This document shows positions 63,667 to 64,000 of a stretch of DNA of 64,000 nt, in pieces. Below the pieces are notes generated by a model. It ran no database searches. It saw only the letters and a program-made list of their open reading frames with translations, and had not been told where the DNA came from. The stretch is from positions 24,431 to 88,430 of the forward strand of contig JACIXS010000100.1 in the NCBI GenBank assembly GCA_014360335.1, in the 5' to 3' direction. This stretch comes from a bacterium. Lineage in GTDB: Bacteria > DUMJ01. The number at the start of each line of letters is the position of its first letter. The first letter of the stretch is position 1. The translations under genes were made by a program, and so were the position numbers.

Positions 63667-64000
63667 CTATTCCCACTCCTTTCTTAAGTATTCAAGACTT
63701 TTAGGTAATTCGTTCTTCTTATCCTCCCATCTGCACTCTATAGATATAGCCCCTTTATAGTTTGCCTCTTTAAGGGCATTAAATAGGGCTTTGAAATTAT
63801 AGTTGTTTTTCCCTGGTGCAACTCTTCCTCTATCGGATACGTGTACATGATAAAGTTTTTCTTTTATTTTATAGATATTAGATAATGGTTCATCCTCCAA
63901 ATCTGCATGATAATTGTCTATCAGTACCCCTATATTTGGGCTATTGACCCTCTCTGCAAACTCTAACCCTTCTAATGTGGTATTTATAATATTACTCTCC
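63667..64000 (-). CDS. Second xylose isomerase-like TIM-barrel protein, C-terminal part (5' end lies beyond the window)
   Basis: The frame is open to the window edge (…LEGLEFAERVNSPNIGVLIDNYHADMEDEPL…HVHVSD…). Confidence 0.7.
   Translation of the reverse strand, partial: ESNIINTTLEGLEFAERVNSPNIGVLIDNYHADLEDEPLSNIYKIKEKLYHVHVSDRGRVAPGKNNYNFKALFNALKEANYKGAISIECRWEDKKNELPKSLEYLRKEWE

Overview
The window holds a dense, mostly housekeeping region of a low-GC (about 38-40 %) bacterial chromosome, probably a thermophile, with six strand-switching blocks. Content, in order: the end of rpoB and rpoC; a two-CXXC protein disulfide oxidoreductase; a minus-strand unit of an AMIN-domain amidase, murI, rpe and a small zinc-ribbon ORF; tmRNA with smpB; rpmE, alr and rsmI; a FmrO/ArmA-family 16S rRNA m7G methyltransferase homologue; tgt; a Na/Pi-PhoU transporter; the conserved rpsB-tsf-pyrH-frr-uppS-cdsA-dxr-rseP-ispG-proS block; an MGDG-synthase-like glycosyltransferase; cobO; an alpha-glucan/glycogen cluster of two GH57 enzymes, glgA, a GalT-family nucleotidyltransferase and a secreted 5'-nucleotidase; a GH130 phosphorylase; a ferritin-like/VIT1 fusion; an orphan ABC binding protein; a URO-D-family protein; a T-box-controlled ilvD-ilvB-ilvN-ilvC-leuA-leuC operon running straight into feoAB; a lysine 2,3-aminomutase paired with an ATP-grasp ligase; the H+-pyrophosphatase; hisB-hisH-hisA-hisF-hisIE; and, at the 3' end, a minus-strand sugar-catabolic cluster. 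That last cluster is the most unusual element. It combines IolB/IolG/IolE-like inositol-type enzymes with an archaeal ADP-dependent sugar kinase and an archaeal-type class I aldolase in place of the canonical IolC/IolJ, plus hydroxypyruvate reductase and glycerate kinase. No CRISPR array, tRNA or mobile element was seen. All calls rest on reading the sequence and ORF translations and on motif recall; no database search was run.
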